Sequence record: KC690136
Source of the DNA: Escherichia phage JES2013
Reading direction: 5' to 3' (one strand)
Length of the DNA stretch: 64,000 nt
The position numbers were made by a program, and so were the translations under genes. Below, piece after piece: positions 46,475-56,102 of this stretch. The notes under the pieces were generated by a model. The model saw only the letters and a program-made list of their open reading frames with translations. It was not told the DNA's origin and made no database searches. Position 1 is the stretch's first letter. Each line of letters starts with the position of its first letter.

Positions 46475-47062
46475 TCGGAATTGATGTAGATTTGACACTG
46501 GTAGATTCAGGAACAGCATGGTGGGAGTGGTTGGAGCGTTTGTATGGTCCAGCCAGTAAGACAGTCGTTAAACCTTCTAATGGGCTGATGTATTACGATC
46601 TGTCAAAGTATTGGCCTGATCGCCCCAAAGAAAACATCATAGGACCTTTTGATTTCTGGAGTGATCCGTTCCTCTACGACTTTCTTAAGCCTGAAGAGGG
46701 GGGCTATTGAGGTTATGAAAGATTTGGTGGCTCGCGGTCACAAGCTCGCATTTATCTCGGTATGCAAGAAAGGTCACCTTGCATCTAAATCAAGGTTCTT
46801 AAAGCGTTGGACCAGTGATTTTATGGATCTGGATGATCACACCCAGGGTCACGGCTTCTACGCCACACATTTTAAAGGAAATGTGGCTGTAGATGTTATA
46901 ATTGACGACAGGCATGAATACCTGAACCAATTCGCTTCACGACCTGAAGTTATTAAAATCCTAAAAGATACGCCTTATGAGCAATTTGAGGAGTTAAAGG
47001 TCAGTGTTGACTATACCGCTGATAGCTGGTATAAAATAGGAAAGTTTTTAGAAGGTATTTGA
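46468..47062 (+). pseudogene. HAD-family 5'(3')-deoxyribonucleotidase-like gene split by +1 frame change at a G6 run
   Basis: ORF 46468..46710 carries HAD motif I (IGIDVDLTLVDS); ORF 46649..47062 in +1 frame carries motif IV (VIIDDR); frames meet at GGGGGG 46698-46703. Confidence 0.5.
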
Positions 47063-47063
47063 A

Positions 47064-47264
47064 ATGGGCAGATGTTCTAAAGGTGGCGATCCTGTAGTCA
47101 GATACGGTGACTGGCTAGAGGTGTATGATCTGGGAGGTAAGCTAGTGTATGCCTCCAGGATCACCCAAGATATGTGCTCTGACATGTTTAACAGATACCT
47201 TGCATTTAAGGCCAACATAAACCCAGACGAAATTTCCAAAATTAAAACAAGGAGAGCTAAATAA
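47064..47264 (+). CDS. hypothetical protein
   Basis: 66-aa ORF. Confidence 0.4.
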   Translation: MGRCSKGGDPVVRYGDWLEVYDLGGKLVYASRITQDMCSDMFNRYLAFKANINPDEISKIKTRRAK

Positions 47265-48247
47265 TGCTAAAACTGTGCACTGCAAAGATTATTGCTGACA
47301 GCATTTCCGAGAAAGGTAAGCGTATCACCACTTTTGAACTAGAGTATCCTCGAATTATTCACTCAGAGCTTATGACGCACCGAGTGTTCAGCCGAAACGC
47401 CATGTCTTCCCGTGCAGTGCCTGTCGGCAAGATGCTGCAACAGATTGTGGAGAATCCGGCAATGCCAGTTCGCTTCGGTGTAAATAAGCGAGGGATGGAA
47501 GATGGTGGGGAACACGATCAAAAGATCCGTGTAGAGTACACTGACATGGAGTTAACTCCTGAAGAGTTTTGGAAAGAAGCTGCAAAAAACGCCGCTTGGC
47601 ATGCAGAGAAGTTCGCCCTTGCTGGTTACCATAAGCAAGTATGTAACCGTTTAGTGGAGCCGTTTCAGCGCATGAAAACAGTTGTAACAAGCACAGAGTG
47701 GAATAATTTCTTCCATCTCCGTTGCTGGCACGATGCTGACCCTACTATTCAGATGTTAGCGAATTGCATGTGGGAGGCTCTTATGAATAGCACTCCTGAA
47801 ATCCTTAAACCTGGTCAATGGCACACACCATATGTAGAGCACGTTTATTTGGACGGCGAGTTTAACTATGCTGTACGTGACACAGAAGGAAAGCTTTGCA
47901 TTCTCGATACTGGAGAAGCTCTGTCTATTAGTGCTAGTTGCTGTGCACAAGTATCTTATCGAAATATTGACAGCACGTTTGAAAAGGCAGACAGTGTGGC
48001 TAAAAAACTAATTGGTGGGGATCGTATTCATGCAAGCCCTTACGAGCACCAGGCAACACCTATGGATCATGATAACGCAATGGAACGTTTAAACTACTAC
48101 CTGTCTTCATGTGAAATCACACAAGACATTAGTACTTGGCAGGAAGGTGTAACCCATCAAGACCGTGATGGTAAATTCTGGTCTGCCAACTTTTGTGGGT
48201 GGGTTCAGCACAGACAGCTGCTTAATAACCACTTCGTGAAAGGTTAA
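47264..48247 (+). CDS. thyX: putative flavin-dependent thymidylate synthase
   Basis: ThyX-like signature HR-x7-S (ELMTHRVFSRNAMSSR); nucleotide-metabolism context. Confidence 0.5.
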   Translation: MLKLCTAKIIADSISEKGKRITTFELEYPRIIHSELMTHRVFSRNAMSSRAVPVGKMLQQIVENPAMPVRFGVNKRGMEDGGEHDQKIRVEYTDMELTPEEFWKEAAKNAAWHAEKFALAGYHKQVCNRLVEPFQRMKTVVTSTEWNNFFHLRCWHDADPTIQMLANCMWEALMNSTPEILKPGQWHTPYVEHVYLDGEFNYAVRDTEGKLCILDTGEALSISASCCAQVSYRNIDSTFEKADSVAKKLIGGDRIHASPYEHQATPMDHDNAMERLNYYLSSCEITQDISTWQEGVTHQDRDGKFWSANFCGWVQHRQLLNNHFVKG

Positions 48248-48276
48248 TCCTATCACAGCGATAGGTAACTTTTGTG

Positions 48277-48305
48277 TTGACTAATAGTATCAGATAATCT
48301 ATAAT
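48277..48305 (+). promoter_or_regulatory. sigma70 consensus-like promoter
   Basis: TTGACT (48277-48282), 17-nt spacer, TATAAT (48300-48305). Confidence 0.55.
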
Positions 48306-48345
48306 AATGGCTCACTTTGTTAGTGAGCCAGAAATGGAGACAGAT

Positions 48346-48807
48346 ATGAGTAATGTTATGATTCCTAAAAAGACATTTATTTCAGTTACTTTGGATTTCC
48401 TATCTACCGTTCCCGGGTTTAACGTTCGCACACGAAACGGTCTCCGAGCTGCACTCTTTGCCGTAGGGTTTGATTTAAAAAGTATTGATGTTCTTCGTGG
48501 AAAAAACGTTCGATGCAAAAATAAGCCAACACATTATCGAAAGGCAGATGTATTTGCTGGTGTCATGCGTGCAGACTTTAGATACCCGCAAATGTATAAC
48601 GGTGTAGATATTTTAGATGTAGATAAAGCACCCGGTGAGGCAATGCTTGTTCAAGATCTTCCGTATGATATCCCTGTGGAGGATCGTGTTAATGTAAGAA
48701 AGTATACAAAACAATCTGAAAAGGCTGAAGATATTCATATTGTTGATGAACCTTTCAATTTTGAAGATCTGCATCGCCTGGAAAAATTATTCGGTATTGA
48801 AAGCTAA
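48346..48807 (+). CDS. hypothetical protein
   Basis: Track ORF 48307..48807 trimmed: first ATG lies 2 nt after the -10 box, so start moved to Met at 48346 with GGAG RBS. Confidence 0.4.
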   Translation: MSNVMIPKKTFISVTLDFLSTVPGFNVRTRNGLRAALFAVGFDLKSIDVLRGKNVRCKNKPTHYRKADVFAGVMRADFRYPQMYNGVDILDVDKAPGEAMLVQDLPYDIPVEDRVNVRKYTKQSEKAEDIHIVDEPFNFEDLHRLEKLFGIES

Positions 48808-48817
48808 GGTGGTGAAG

Positions 48818-49048
48818 ATGAGTCATAACTCCAAGTGGAAGGATCTTGGTTTTGCAAGTCGGGCAGAGTATGTTGGTTGGCTTTGGTTCAATGGCCTGAC
48901 AAACGATATTAAAATGTATGATGATGTCTATTATGACGAGTATACAGGTAAAATTATAAATATCTCTGTAGAAGAGGATACTTTTATCCAGCAAGATACT
49001 GATACCTGCCTTGATAAATACGTTAGTGAAGTGGAGGAAGCAAATTGA
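48818..49048 (+). CDS. hypothetical protein
   Basis: Start at ATG 48818 with AAGGTGG RBS; 76 aa. Confidence 0.45.
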   Translation: MSHNSKWKDLGFASRAEYVGWLWFNGLTNDIKMYDDVYYDEYTGKIINISVEEDTFIQQDTDTCLDKYVSEVEEAN

Positions 49049-51360
49049 TCACCAAGGTAATTAAAAGCAACGGATGTGAAGTGGCATTCGATCCAGAACG
49101 TTTAAATAAGGCAGCTATTTTCGGTGACGACGGTAACGGCAATTGGTCACACATTGCACTGGATGCATACAAACGACTGTATGATGGATGTACAACCAAA
49201 GAAGTTAACCAAGCTATCATAGACTCCTGTGTTAGCCGTAAAGACGAAGCACATTCCCGTATGGCTGGTCGTGTTCTTATTGGTCAGATTTATAAAGAGG
49301 CTTTTGGAGGGTTTACAAAGATCCCTTCCTTACCATCATTTTACAATACCATGGTTGAGAAAGGGTATTGGGAGGATATGGGATATAGCTTTACCGAGCT
49401 AAACACTTTAGACGCTGTTATTGACCACAGTAAAGATCTCGGTTATGGCTATGCAGTCCTTAAACAGTTTCGCGACAAATACGGGATCAAGGATACTCTT
49501 AAAGACACCTTGTTTGAATCTCCCCAGATGATGTTTATGGGGATAGCAATGGCTGTCATGAAGAATATGCCGAAAGAACGTCGTATCAACGATGTTGTAA
49601 AATTATACACTTATCTGTCCGACTTAAAGATCAATGCCCCAACACCGTACTTAAACGGGCTGCGCACAGGTAAGACAGGGTATGCATCTTGTTGTGTAAT
49701 AAAAGCTGACGATACAGCAAAATCTATTGGTGTGGCACGTGAAGTTGCGTACACAATGACGGTTAACCAAGCAGGTATCGGCTACTATTTATCATCAAGA
49801 TCTGCAGGCGATGGTGTTCGTGGTAACACTATTAAACACATGGGTAAGATTCCATATTATCGAGGTATTGATGCTGGGGTTAAGGAGAACAGACAACAAT
49901 CACGTGGCGGTTCTGCAACAGTATCATTCCTTGCACTAGACCCACAGATTGATGAGCTAATCCGTTTGAGAAACCCTATGACTGTTGCTTCAAAAAGAAT
50001 CAACACCATGGACTACTCTATAGGTATTAACAGGTCGTTTATCAACCGTGTGGCTAAGAATTTAGATTGGATGCTTGTTTCTTATAAGCACGCGCCTCAA
50101 CTGCATGAAGGTATCTTCACCATGTCTATGGAGGAGTTTGATGCAGAGGTTGATCGTATCGCTAAAGATGACAGTATTCCTAAAACATGGATCCGAGCTA
50201 GAGATCTTGCTGTTGAGCTGATCACGCAGCGTACCGAAGTGGGAAGGCTGTACGTATACTGGACAGATGAGATGAATAGACATACACCTTTTAAAGATGT
50301 GATCTATTCAAGTAACCTGTGTGCAGAAATAGCCCTCCCGACAAAAGGCTATTCAGATATGCGTAATATCTTCAAGTACGATGTTGATGATGGTGAGGTT
50401 GCATTGTGCTTCCTGTCATCTCTTGTAGCTGGAAGGGTTACCCCAGAGGAGTATGAGGATGTTGCATACTATACGGTGCTTATGATTGACAATGTTATGG
50501 AAATCATGACATATCCATATGAAAATATGGAGAGCACTGTTAAAAAACGCAGATCCATCGGGGTTGGCCTTACCAATGTTGCACATTTTATTGCCAGCCA
50601 CAAGGTTACTTACGGATCTCCTGAAAGTAAACAGCTTGTTCACGATCTTGCAGAACTTCACAGCTACAGCTTGCATAAGGCAAGTTTACGGTTGGCAAAA
50701 GAGCGTGGTGTCTGCGAGTGGATGCATAAAACAAAATATCCAGAAGGTTGGTTACCAATCGACACCTATAACAAAGAGGTAGATAGCGTGGTGAAAGATC
50801 CTTCTCTTAAACAGGATTGGGAAGGGTTACGTAAAGAAATCATTGAAAATGGTGGGCTACGTAATAGCGTTCTTGAAGCATATATGCCTAATGAAAGCTC
50901 TTCGCTGGCAACAAACACCACTAATGGGGTTTATCCTGTCCGTGAGCACATCATCTTTAAAAAATCGCCACAAGGGCAGGTGCTGTTTATCGTTCCTGAC
51001 TATGATGAGTTGAAAGAGTATTACACCTCGGCTTGGGACGTTGATACTAACGACATGATCGATATGTATGCTGTGATTCAAAAATTCACAGGTCAGGCAA
51101 TCAGCGCGGATTTATACATAGACTACACCAAGTTGAAAGATGGTAAAATTTCAATGAAGGAGCAGCTAGGGTACCTTATCCGTGCCACTAAATTTGGGAT
51201 GAAGACATGGTATTATTTAAACTCTAGGGTTGGTGCTGGTGACTCCTTGGCAGAGGAACTTCATGCCAAGAAACAGGCTGAAGATGAAACCAGAAAGAAC
51301 TACCCTTTGATTGCAGATAGTTCAGTTGAAGATCCGTATTGCGAAAGCTGTGCACTATAA
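49045..51360 (+). CDS. nrdA: ribonucleotide reductase class I large subunit
   Basis: 771 aa; N-terminal ATP-cone (VIKSNGCEVAFDPERLNKA), active-site NLCAEIALP, C-terminal Cys pair. Confidence 0.85.
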   Translation: MITKVIKSNGCEVAFDPERLNKAAIFGDDGNGNWSHIALDAYKRLYDGCTTKEVNQAIIDSCVSRKDEAHSRMAGRVLIGQIYKEAFGGFTKIPSLPSFYNTMVEKGYWEDMGYSFTELNTLDAVIDHSKDLGYGYAVLKQFRDKYGIKDTLKDTLFESPQMMFMGIAMAVMKNMPKERRINDVVKLYTYLSDLKINAPTPYLNGLRTGKTGYASCCVIKADDTAKSIGVAREVAYTMTVNQAGIGYYLSSRSAGDGVRGNTIKHMGKIPYYRGIDAGVKENRQQSRGGSATVSFLALDPQIDELIRLRNPMTVASKRINTMDYSIGINRSFINRVAKNLDWMLVSYKHAPQLHEGIFTMSMEEFDAEVDRIAKDDSIPKTWIRARDLAVELITQRTEVGRLYVYWTDEMNRHTPFKDVIYSSNLCAEIALPTKGYSDMRNIFKYDVDDGEVALCFLSSLVAGRVTPEEYEDVAYYTVLMIDNVMEIMTYPYENMESTVKKRRSIGVGLTNVAHFIASHKVTYGSPESKQLVHDLAELHSYSLHKASLRLAKERGVCEWMHKTKYPEGWLPIDTYNKEVDSVVKDPSLKQDWEGLRKEIIENGGLRNSVLEAYMPNESSSLATNTTNGVYPVREHIIFKKSPQGQVLFIVPDYDELKEYYTSAWDVDTNDMIDMYAVIQKFTGQAISADLYIDYTKLKDGKISMKEQLGYLIRATKFGMKTWYYLNSRVGAGDSLAEELHAKKQAEDETRKNYPLIADSSVEDPYCESCAL

Positions 51361-51364
51361 TTTT

Positions 51365-51386
51365 AAAGGGGCTTCGGCCCCATTTT
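51365..51386 (+). terminator. rho-independent terminator/attenuator after nrdA
   Basis: Hairpin GGGGC TTCG GCCCC followed by ATTTT. Confidence 0.5.
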
Positions 51387-51398
51387 AGAGGTAGAATA

Positions 51399-52487
51399 AT
51401 GGCTGTATTTAATGCTGAGAACACCGCTCATAAAACTGGTGACTATCCGCTGTTTCTGGGACAGCAAATGGGTATGTACGACTCTATCAACAAAAAATAT
51501 CCACAACTGTTCGAACTGTACAAAAAACAAAAAGAACAAGACTGGGCAGAGGATGAAGTGGATTTGTCGCAATCTATTTCAGATTTTGTAACATGCTCCA
51601 AGTCAACTTATGATGTGATGGTGCAGACCTTGATGTGGCAATGGGAGGCTGATAGCGTTGCGGCAAGATCGATCATCTGCCTCTTTTCACCATTCATCAC
51701 TAATAGTGAGCTTTTCACTCTATTGATGAAACAGTCAGAGATTGAAGTTCTTCACGCACTAACTTACTCAGAGATTGTTAGACAATGCCTCCCCAATGCC
51801 CGTGAGATTATAGAAGAGATTCAGGAAAACCAAAACGTTCTGAGCAGATCTGGCGTTATTGTCAAATACATGCAAGAGCTTGAGGTTATTGGTGCAAAAT
51901 ACCGACTGGATCCTTCTAGTGTTGAAGAAGATATTGTGCGGAAATGCATTCTTAGAGCGCTTTTTGCACTTTTAGCCCTGGAAAGTATTGAGTTTATTGC
52001 AAGTTTTGCATGCACTTTCGCAGTAGCTGAACAGGGTATTTTTGTTCAGGTGGCGCAGCTTGTTCAAAAAATCATGCTTGACGAAATGCTACATTCGAAA
52101 GGTGATTTTGCCATCATTGATATCCTGCTTAATGATCCGGCATGGGAGAAAAGCTTCCTTGAGATAAAAGGGGAGTTAAAAGAGATTCTTGATGAAGTAC
52201 GAACCAAAGAGTACGGTTGGAGTGACTATATTTTCAGCGAAGGAAGAGCGATTATAGGTCTTAACTCACCGTTGCTTAAAGAATGGGTTGACTATAACTG
52301 CTCACCGATTTATGATTACTACGGCATCGACAAAGACTTTGTGCCGCCAACAAAGGACCCTCTACCGTTTATGCAGGTGTGGATGAAACCTTCATTGCAA
52401 CAGACGGCGAACCAAGAAATGTCGAACACTGACTACCGCGTCAACACAACTGTTAATGACGCTGAAGAAGAAATTTGGGAGTTTTAA
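51399..52487 (+). CDS. nrdB: ribonucleotide reductase class I small subunit
   Basis: Directly downstream of nrdA; helical ferritin-like sequence; start trimmed to MAVFNAENT after terminator hairpin. Confidence 0.75.
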   Translation: MAVFNAENTAHKTGDYPLFLGQQMGMYDSINKKYPQLFELYKKQKEQDWAEDEVDLSQSISDFVTCSKSTYDVMVQTLMWQWEADSVAARSIICLFSPFITNSELFTLLMKQSEIEVLHALTYSEIVRQCLPNAREIIEEIQENQNVLSRSGVIVKYMQELEVIGAKYRLDPSSVEEDIVRKCILRALFALLALESIEFIASFACTFAVAEQGIFVQVAQLVQKIMLDEMLHSKGDFAIIDILLNDPAWEKSFLEIKGELKEILDEVRTKEYGWSDYIFSEGRAIIGLNSPLLKEWVDYNCSPIYDYYGIDKDFVPPTKDPLPFMQVWMKPSLQQTANQEMSNTDYRVNTTVNDAEEEIWEF

Positions 52488-52490
52488 TAC

Positions 52491-52769
52491 ATGAGCTGTG
52501 AAAAATCTTTTTTCTTTATTATTTACGGTAAAGATAACTGCCCACATTGTGTAAGAGCAAAAGAATTTGCAGTCAGTAAAGGTCTGCCTTTTGTATATAA
52601 GACACTTGGCGAGGGTTACACAAAAGAAGAGCTTATCGAGAAGTGCAGTCCAATCGTACCCAGAACGTTGCCGCAGATCTTCTTAGAAAGCAATCTTGAA
52701 AGTGTCCATATAGGCGGTGCCGACGATTTCATCTCTTTTGTTAAGAATGGTTTTGGAGAGAAAAAGTGA
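52491..52769 (+). CDS. glutaredoxin-like protein
   Basis: 92 aa with CPHC redox motif near N-terminus; sits between nrdB and nrdD. Confidence 0.65.
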   Translation: MSCEKSFFFIIYGKDNCPHCVRAKEFAVSKGLPFVYKTLGEGYTKEELIEKCSPIVPRTLPQIFLESNLESVHIGGADDFISFVKNGFGEKK

Positions 52770-54889
52770 AAGTTGTAAAACGGGACGGTAGAGAAGAGGT
52801 CTATAACGGAATTAAGGTGATCAAGGCGGCAGAGTCCGCCTTACTTGAGTCTGGACATACTGAAGAAGAAGCTTACCGGATCGCCTGCGCGGTTAATGAA
52901 GTTGTTGCTAACAATCTACCAACCGACCAGTGCACGATCTCTGTAAAAAATATCCATATCCTTGTTGAAGACGCTCTTATGGATATGGGTTTAAAATGTG
53001 CAGCCAGAGAATACATCCAGTATAGGCAGACAAGAGATAATAACAGAGAGGCAGGTGGAAAACTGCTTGCAGATATTAGTGGCTTCTTGGATCGCACTTG
53101 TGATGAATTTACAAAAGAAAACGCAAATAAGCCTACCAATCATGTACACACTCATCGTGACCTGCTTGCAGGCATCCTTAGCAAACACCTTGCATCAACA
53201 CAGATCCTGCCAGACCGTGTCTCAGAAGAGCACAATAAAGGCTTCATCCATGTGCATGATCTTGACTACTTGATCAGTCCGTTAACAAACTGTTGTTTGG
53301 TAAATTATCCAGATATGTTGGAAAACGGATTCAACATTGGCAACGCCCATGTCAGTAAGCCGAAGTCAATAGGGGTTGCAACAACAATCCTTAGCCAAAT
53401 CTCTAGTGCAGTAGCTAGTGCTCAATATGGAGGTCAGACTATGAGCCATATTGATCATTATCTGGCACAGTATGCTGAGGCGACCTATGAGAAGAATCTT
53501 AAATTTTGCCAGGAACACTGGTTGCCAGATGCTGAGACTGTTGCAATGCAAATGACAGATAAAGACGTATTTGACAGCATGCAGACTTTGCTCTATCAAA
53601 TCAATACGTTAACCTCTGTCAACGGGCAAACTCCATTCATCACATTAAGTTTAGGACTGGATACCTCGGTCTTTGGTAGAATGATTACCAAAAACTACTT
53701 GAAAGTCCACAAAATGGGTCTTGGTGAAGAACGTATCACACCTGTGTTCCCTAAAGTGCTGTTCTTCCTAGAAGAGGGTGTCAACATGAGCCCTGGAGAT
53801 CCCAACTATGATTTGAAACGATTAGCTCTGGAATGCTCTGCAGAGCGGATTTATCCTGACTTTGTTTCTGTTCCACTAAATCGTAAAGTGACAGGCTCGA
53901 CAGATGGCAAAGTAACGAGCATGGGTTGCCGGAGTTTTCTTAGCAAATACAATGACTTGGAAACAGGCGAGGAGAAATACCTTGGTAGATTTAACTTAGG
54001 CGTTGTTAGCCTTAACCTGCCAATGATTGCGGCAAAAGCTAAAACGGAAGGTGTTGATTTCTTTGCAGTTCTTGACGAATACCTGGATCTTGCATACGAG
54101 GCTCACCTTGTAAGGGTTAACCGTCTAAAAGGAACAAAGGCAGGGCAGAACCCTATCATGTGGTGTGAAGGCGCTCTTGCTCGCCTGGATCCTGAAGAGA
54201 GTATTGATAAACTCTTCTATGACGGGTACGCTTCCATCAGTATTGGGTATATTGGTGTGTATGAAACCTGTCAGATTTTGGGCAGGGAGGGTGACAAGGC
54301 TTTAGCTCTTGGAATACTCCAGCACATGAGAGATGCTTGTGAGCGATACAAGAAGGAAAGTAGACTAGCGTTTAGCTTGTACGGCACCCCTTCTGAGAGT
54401 CTATGCTATAAAGCTGCAACCTGTCTGGATCGTGAATATCCTGAAGTGTTGAAGCATGAGCATGAATACCTCACCAACAGTTTCCATCAGCCAGTATGGA
54501 TAAATAGCTCTCCTTTTGATAAGTGGGAATACGAGGAAGGTTTTGCTATGATCTCCTCTGGTGGCAACATCGGATACGTAGAGACACCAAATCTGAAAAA
54601 CAACTTAGATGCTTTAGAGGCTCTTGTTGACTTCGGGTATAAACACATTATGTATTTTGGTATCAACCAGCCTGTGGATAAATGTCTTAAGTGTGGTTTC
54701 TCTGGTGAGTTCAGTGCAACAGCTAAGGGATTCGTATGCCCGGAGTGTGGAAACCATGAAGAGGGAACGATCAGTGTGATCAGACGTGTATCCGGGTACC
54801 TGTCTAGTCCAAACTCCCGTCCTTACAATAAAGGTAAGCAAGCGGAAGTTATAGAACGGGTTAAGCACTACGGAAGTTGTGGTTGCTGA
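52766..54889 (+). CDS. nrdD: anaerobic ribonucleoside-triphosphate reductase
   Basis: 707 aa; N-terminal ATP-cone; C-terminal zinc ribbon CLKCG...CPECG and glycyl-radical motif RRVSGYL; GTG start overlapping glutaredoxin stop. Confidence 0.85.
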   Translation: MKVVKRDGREEVYNGIKVIKAAESALLESGHTEEEAYRIACAVNEVVANNLPTDQCTISVKNIHILVEDALMDMGLKCAAREYIQYRQTRDNNREAGGKLLADISGFLDRTCDEFTKENANKPTNHVHTHRDLLAGILSKHLASTQILPDRVSEEHNKGFIHVHDLDYLISPLTNCCLVNYPDMLENGFNIGNAHVSKPKSIGVATTILSQISSAVASAQYGGQTMSHIDHYLAQYAEATYEKNLKFCQEHWLPDAETVAMQMTDKDVFDSMQTLLYQINTLTSVNGQTPFITLSLGLDTSVFGRMITKNYLKVHKMGLGEERITPVFPKVLFFLEEGVNMSPGDPNYDLKRLALECSAERIYPDFVSVPLNRKVTGSTDGKVTSMGCRSFLSKYNDLETGEEKYLGRFNLGVVSLNLPMIAAKAKTEGVDFFAVLDEYLDLAYEAHLVRVNRLKGTKAGQNPIMWCEGALARLDPEESIDKLFYDGYASISIGYIGVYETCQILGREGDKALALGILQHMRDACERYKKESRLAFSLYGTPSESLCYKAATCLDREYPEVLKHEHEYLTNSFHQPVWINSSPFDKWEYEEGFAMISSGGNIGYVETPNLKNNLDALEALVDFGYKHIMYFGINQPVDKCLKCGFSGEFSATAKGFVCPECGNHEEGTISVIRRVSGYLSSPNSRPYNKGKQAEVIERVKHYGSCGC

Positions 54890-54891
54890 TA

Positions 54892-54920
54892 CTTGACAAA
54901 AGCCACAAGGATGTGGCATA
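54892..54920 (+). promoter_or_regulatory. putative promoter with palindromic spacer element
   Basis: TTGACA (54892-54897) followed by dyad GCCACA AGGA TGTGGC and CATATT; upstream of 54953 ORF. Confidence 0.35.
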
Positions 54921-54952
54921 TTATTGACACACAGTGAGCTAGGAGGTACAGT

Positions 54953-55069
54953 ATGTCTACAGGTATTTATAAAATTTGCAAGTGTGGTTGTCGTTGCAAT
55001 CTTCGTTGGTGCAAGGCACTGGACGATTTTATTTGGCATTGCCCTAAATGTGATGCGGAGTATCTATGA
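54953..55069 (+). CDS. small Cys-rich (zinc-ribbon-like) protein, 38 aa
   Basis: MSTGIYKICKCGCRCNLRWCKALDDFIWHCPKCDAEYL; AGGAGG RBS; stop overlaps nrdG ATG (ATGA); below the ORF-track size cutoff. Confidence 0.5.
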   Translation: MSTGIYKICKCGCRCNLRWCKALDDFIWHCPKCDAEYL

Positions 55070-55539
55070 ATATTGCCGGATACACAGAAATATCTTACAC
55101 CGAAGGGCCAGGTATTAGAACTGCCTTATGGGTATCTGGGTGCCCACACGCTTGCCCTGGTTGCTTTAATCAGGCATTTTGGTCAAAAGATAAGGGGAGA
55201 GAGTTTACTGAAGAAGACTTGCAAAAAATCTTGTCAGATTTAGATAACCCGTCTGTGTGCGGTATCTCTCTGCTGGGTGGAGAACCCTTAGCATACTATA
55301 ATGAGCCAGATATTATTAGCCTGATGGAGAAAATTAAGGAAAAATTTGGTGACAAGAAAACTATTCTTGTATATACTGGGTTCACATTTGACCATATCTC
55401 TAGTGATGTTCTTAAACTGGCTGATATCATCATTGACGGTAAGTATGTAAAAGATTTACCAACCAAGAAACCGTTCCGAGGCAGTGATAACCAAAGAATG
55501 TTTAAAAAAGTATCAGGCGGTTGGGTCCAGGTAGACTAG
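55066..55539 (+). CDS. nrdG: anaerobic ribonucleotide reductase activating protein (radical SAM)
   Basis: CPHACPGC (CxxxCxxC) radical-SAM cluster motif; directly downstream of nrdD. Confidence 0.8.
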   Translation: MNIAGYTEISYTEGPGIRTALWVSGCPHACPGCFNQAFWSKDKGREFTEEDLQKILSDLDNPSVCGISLLGGEPLAYYNEPDIISLMEKIKEKFGDKKTILVYTGFTFDHISSDVLKLADIIIDGKYVKDLPTKKPFRGSDNQRMFKKVSGGWVQVD

Positions 55540-55542
55540 CTG

Positions 55543-55572
55543 TTGACAAAGCTTTGTTTAGATAGGTATAAT
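55543..55572 (+). promoter_or_regulatory. strong sigma70 consensus promoter
   Basis: TTGACA (55543-55548), 18-nt spacer, TATAAT (55567-55572). Confidence 0.6.
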
Positions 55573-55603
55573 TATCGTAAAATGAAAGCAGAGGAGGTGC
55601 CAA

Positions 55604-55717
55604 ATGGCTAAAAAAGCCTTGAAGAAGGCGTACAAAAAAGAAATTGCGCTTGAGCTCAAGAAAAAACACAAGCGTGAAAAGAAACATCATGAGGATGAAG
55701 AGGGGGTGCAACAGTGA
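55604..55717 (+). CDS. small highly basic protein, 37 aa
   Basis: MAKKALKKAYKKEIALELKKKHKREKKHHEDEEGVQQ; GAGGAGG RBS; stop overlaps next gene start (GTGA). Confidence 0.45.
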   Translation: MAKKALKKAYKKEIALELKKKHKREKKHHEDEEGVQQ

Positions 55718-56064
55718 CACAAGAACGTATCGATTTGGCTAATAAGTTTGTAGATCTCATTTTGCCACGGTTAGTTACTCAACATGCAGACGCTATTTCT
55801 ACTAATCTTGATGGCTTACGCCTAATGCTGAATCGCACAGATGACCCTCGTATTCGGGCTGATTTAGAAGCCTCTGCCAACAAACTGGAAAAGTTCTTGC
55901 AAGTAGACACGCAAGAAGCCTTACACAAGATTATGGTGGAAGGTTTCTCTAAAGAATTTACCATTAAAGAGCTTAAGGAGCTGATCCACCAAGAAGAGAT
56001 GAATATCCGAGTTCAGGCTGTTGCAAGCAGCATGGAAGCGGCTATTGAAAAACTGTTGCAGTAA
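55714..56064 (+). CDS. hypothetical helical protein
   Basis: 116-aa ORF, GTG start. Confidence 0.45.
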   Translation: MTQERIDLANKFVDLILPRLVTQHADAISTNLDGLRLMLNRTDDPRIRADLEASANKLEKFLQVDTQEALHKIMVEGFSKEFTIKELKELIHQEEMNIRVQAVASSMEAAIEKLLQ

Positions 56065-56102
56065 AAGTACTTGGCACATCTCAATCTGAAAGGAGTCCCA
56101 AC

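Noticed and set aside
48307-48345. ATG at 48307 as start of ORF 48307..48807
   Set aside because: It lies 2 nt after the -10 hexamer of the best promoter and would not be in the transcript; a downstream Met with an RBS is preferred.
54924-55118. Track ORF 54924..55118 (64 aa)
   Set aside because: Overlaps the better-supported 38-aa Cys-rich ORF and the nrdG start in a different frame with no RBS.
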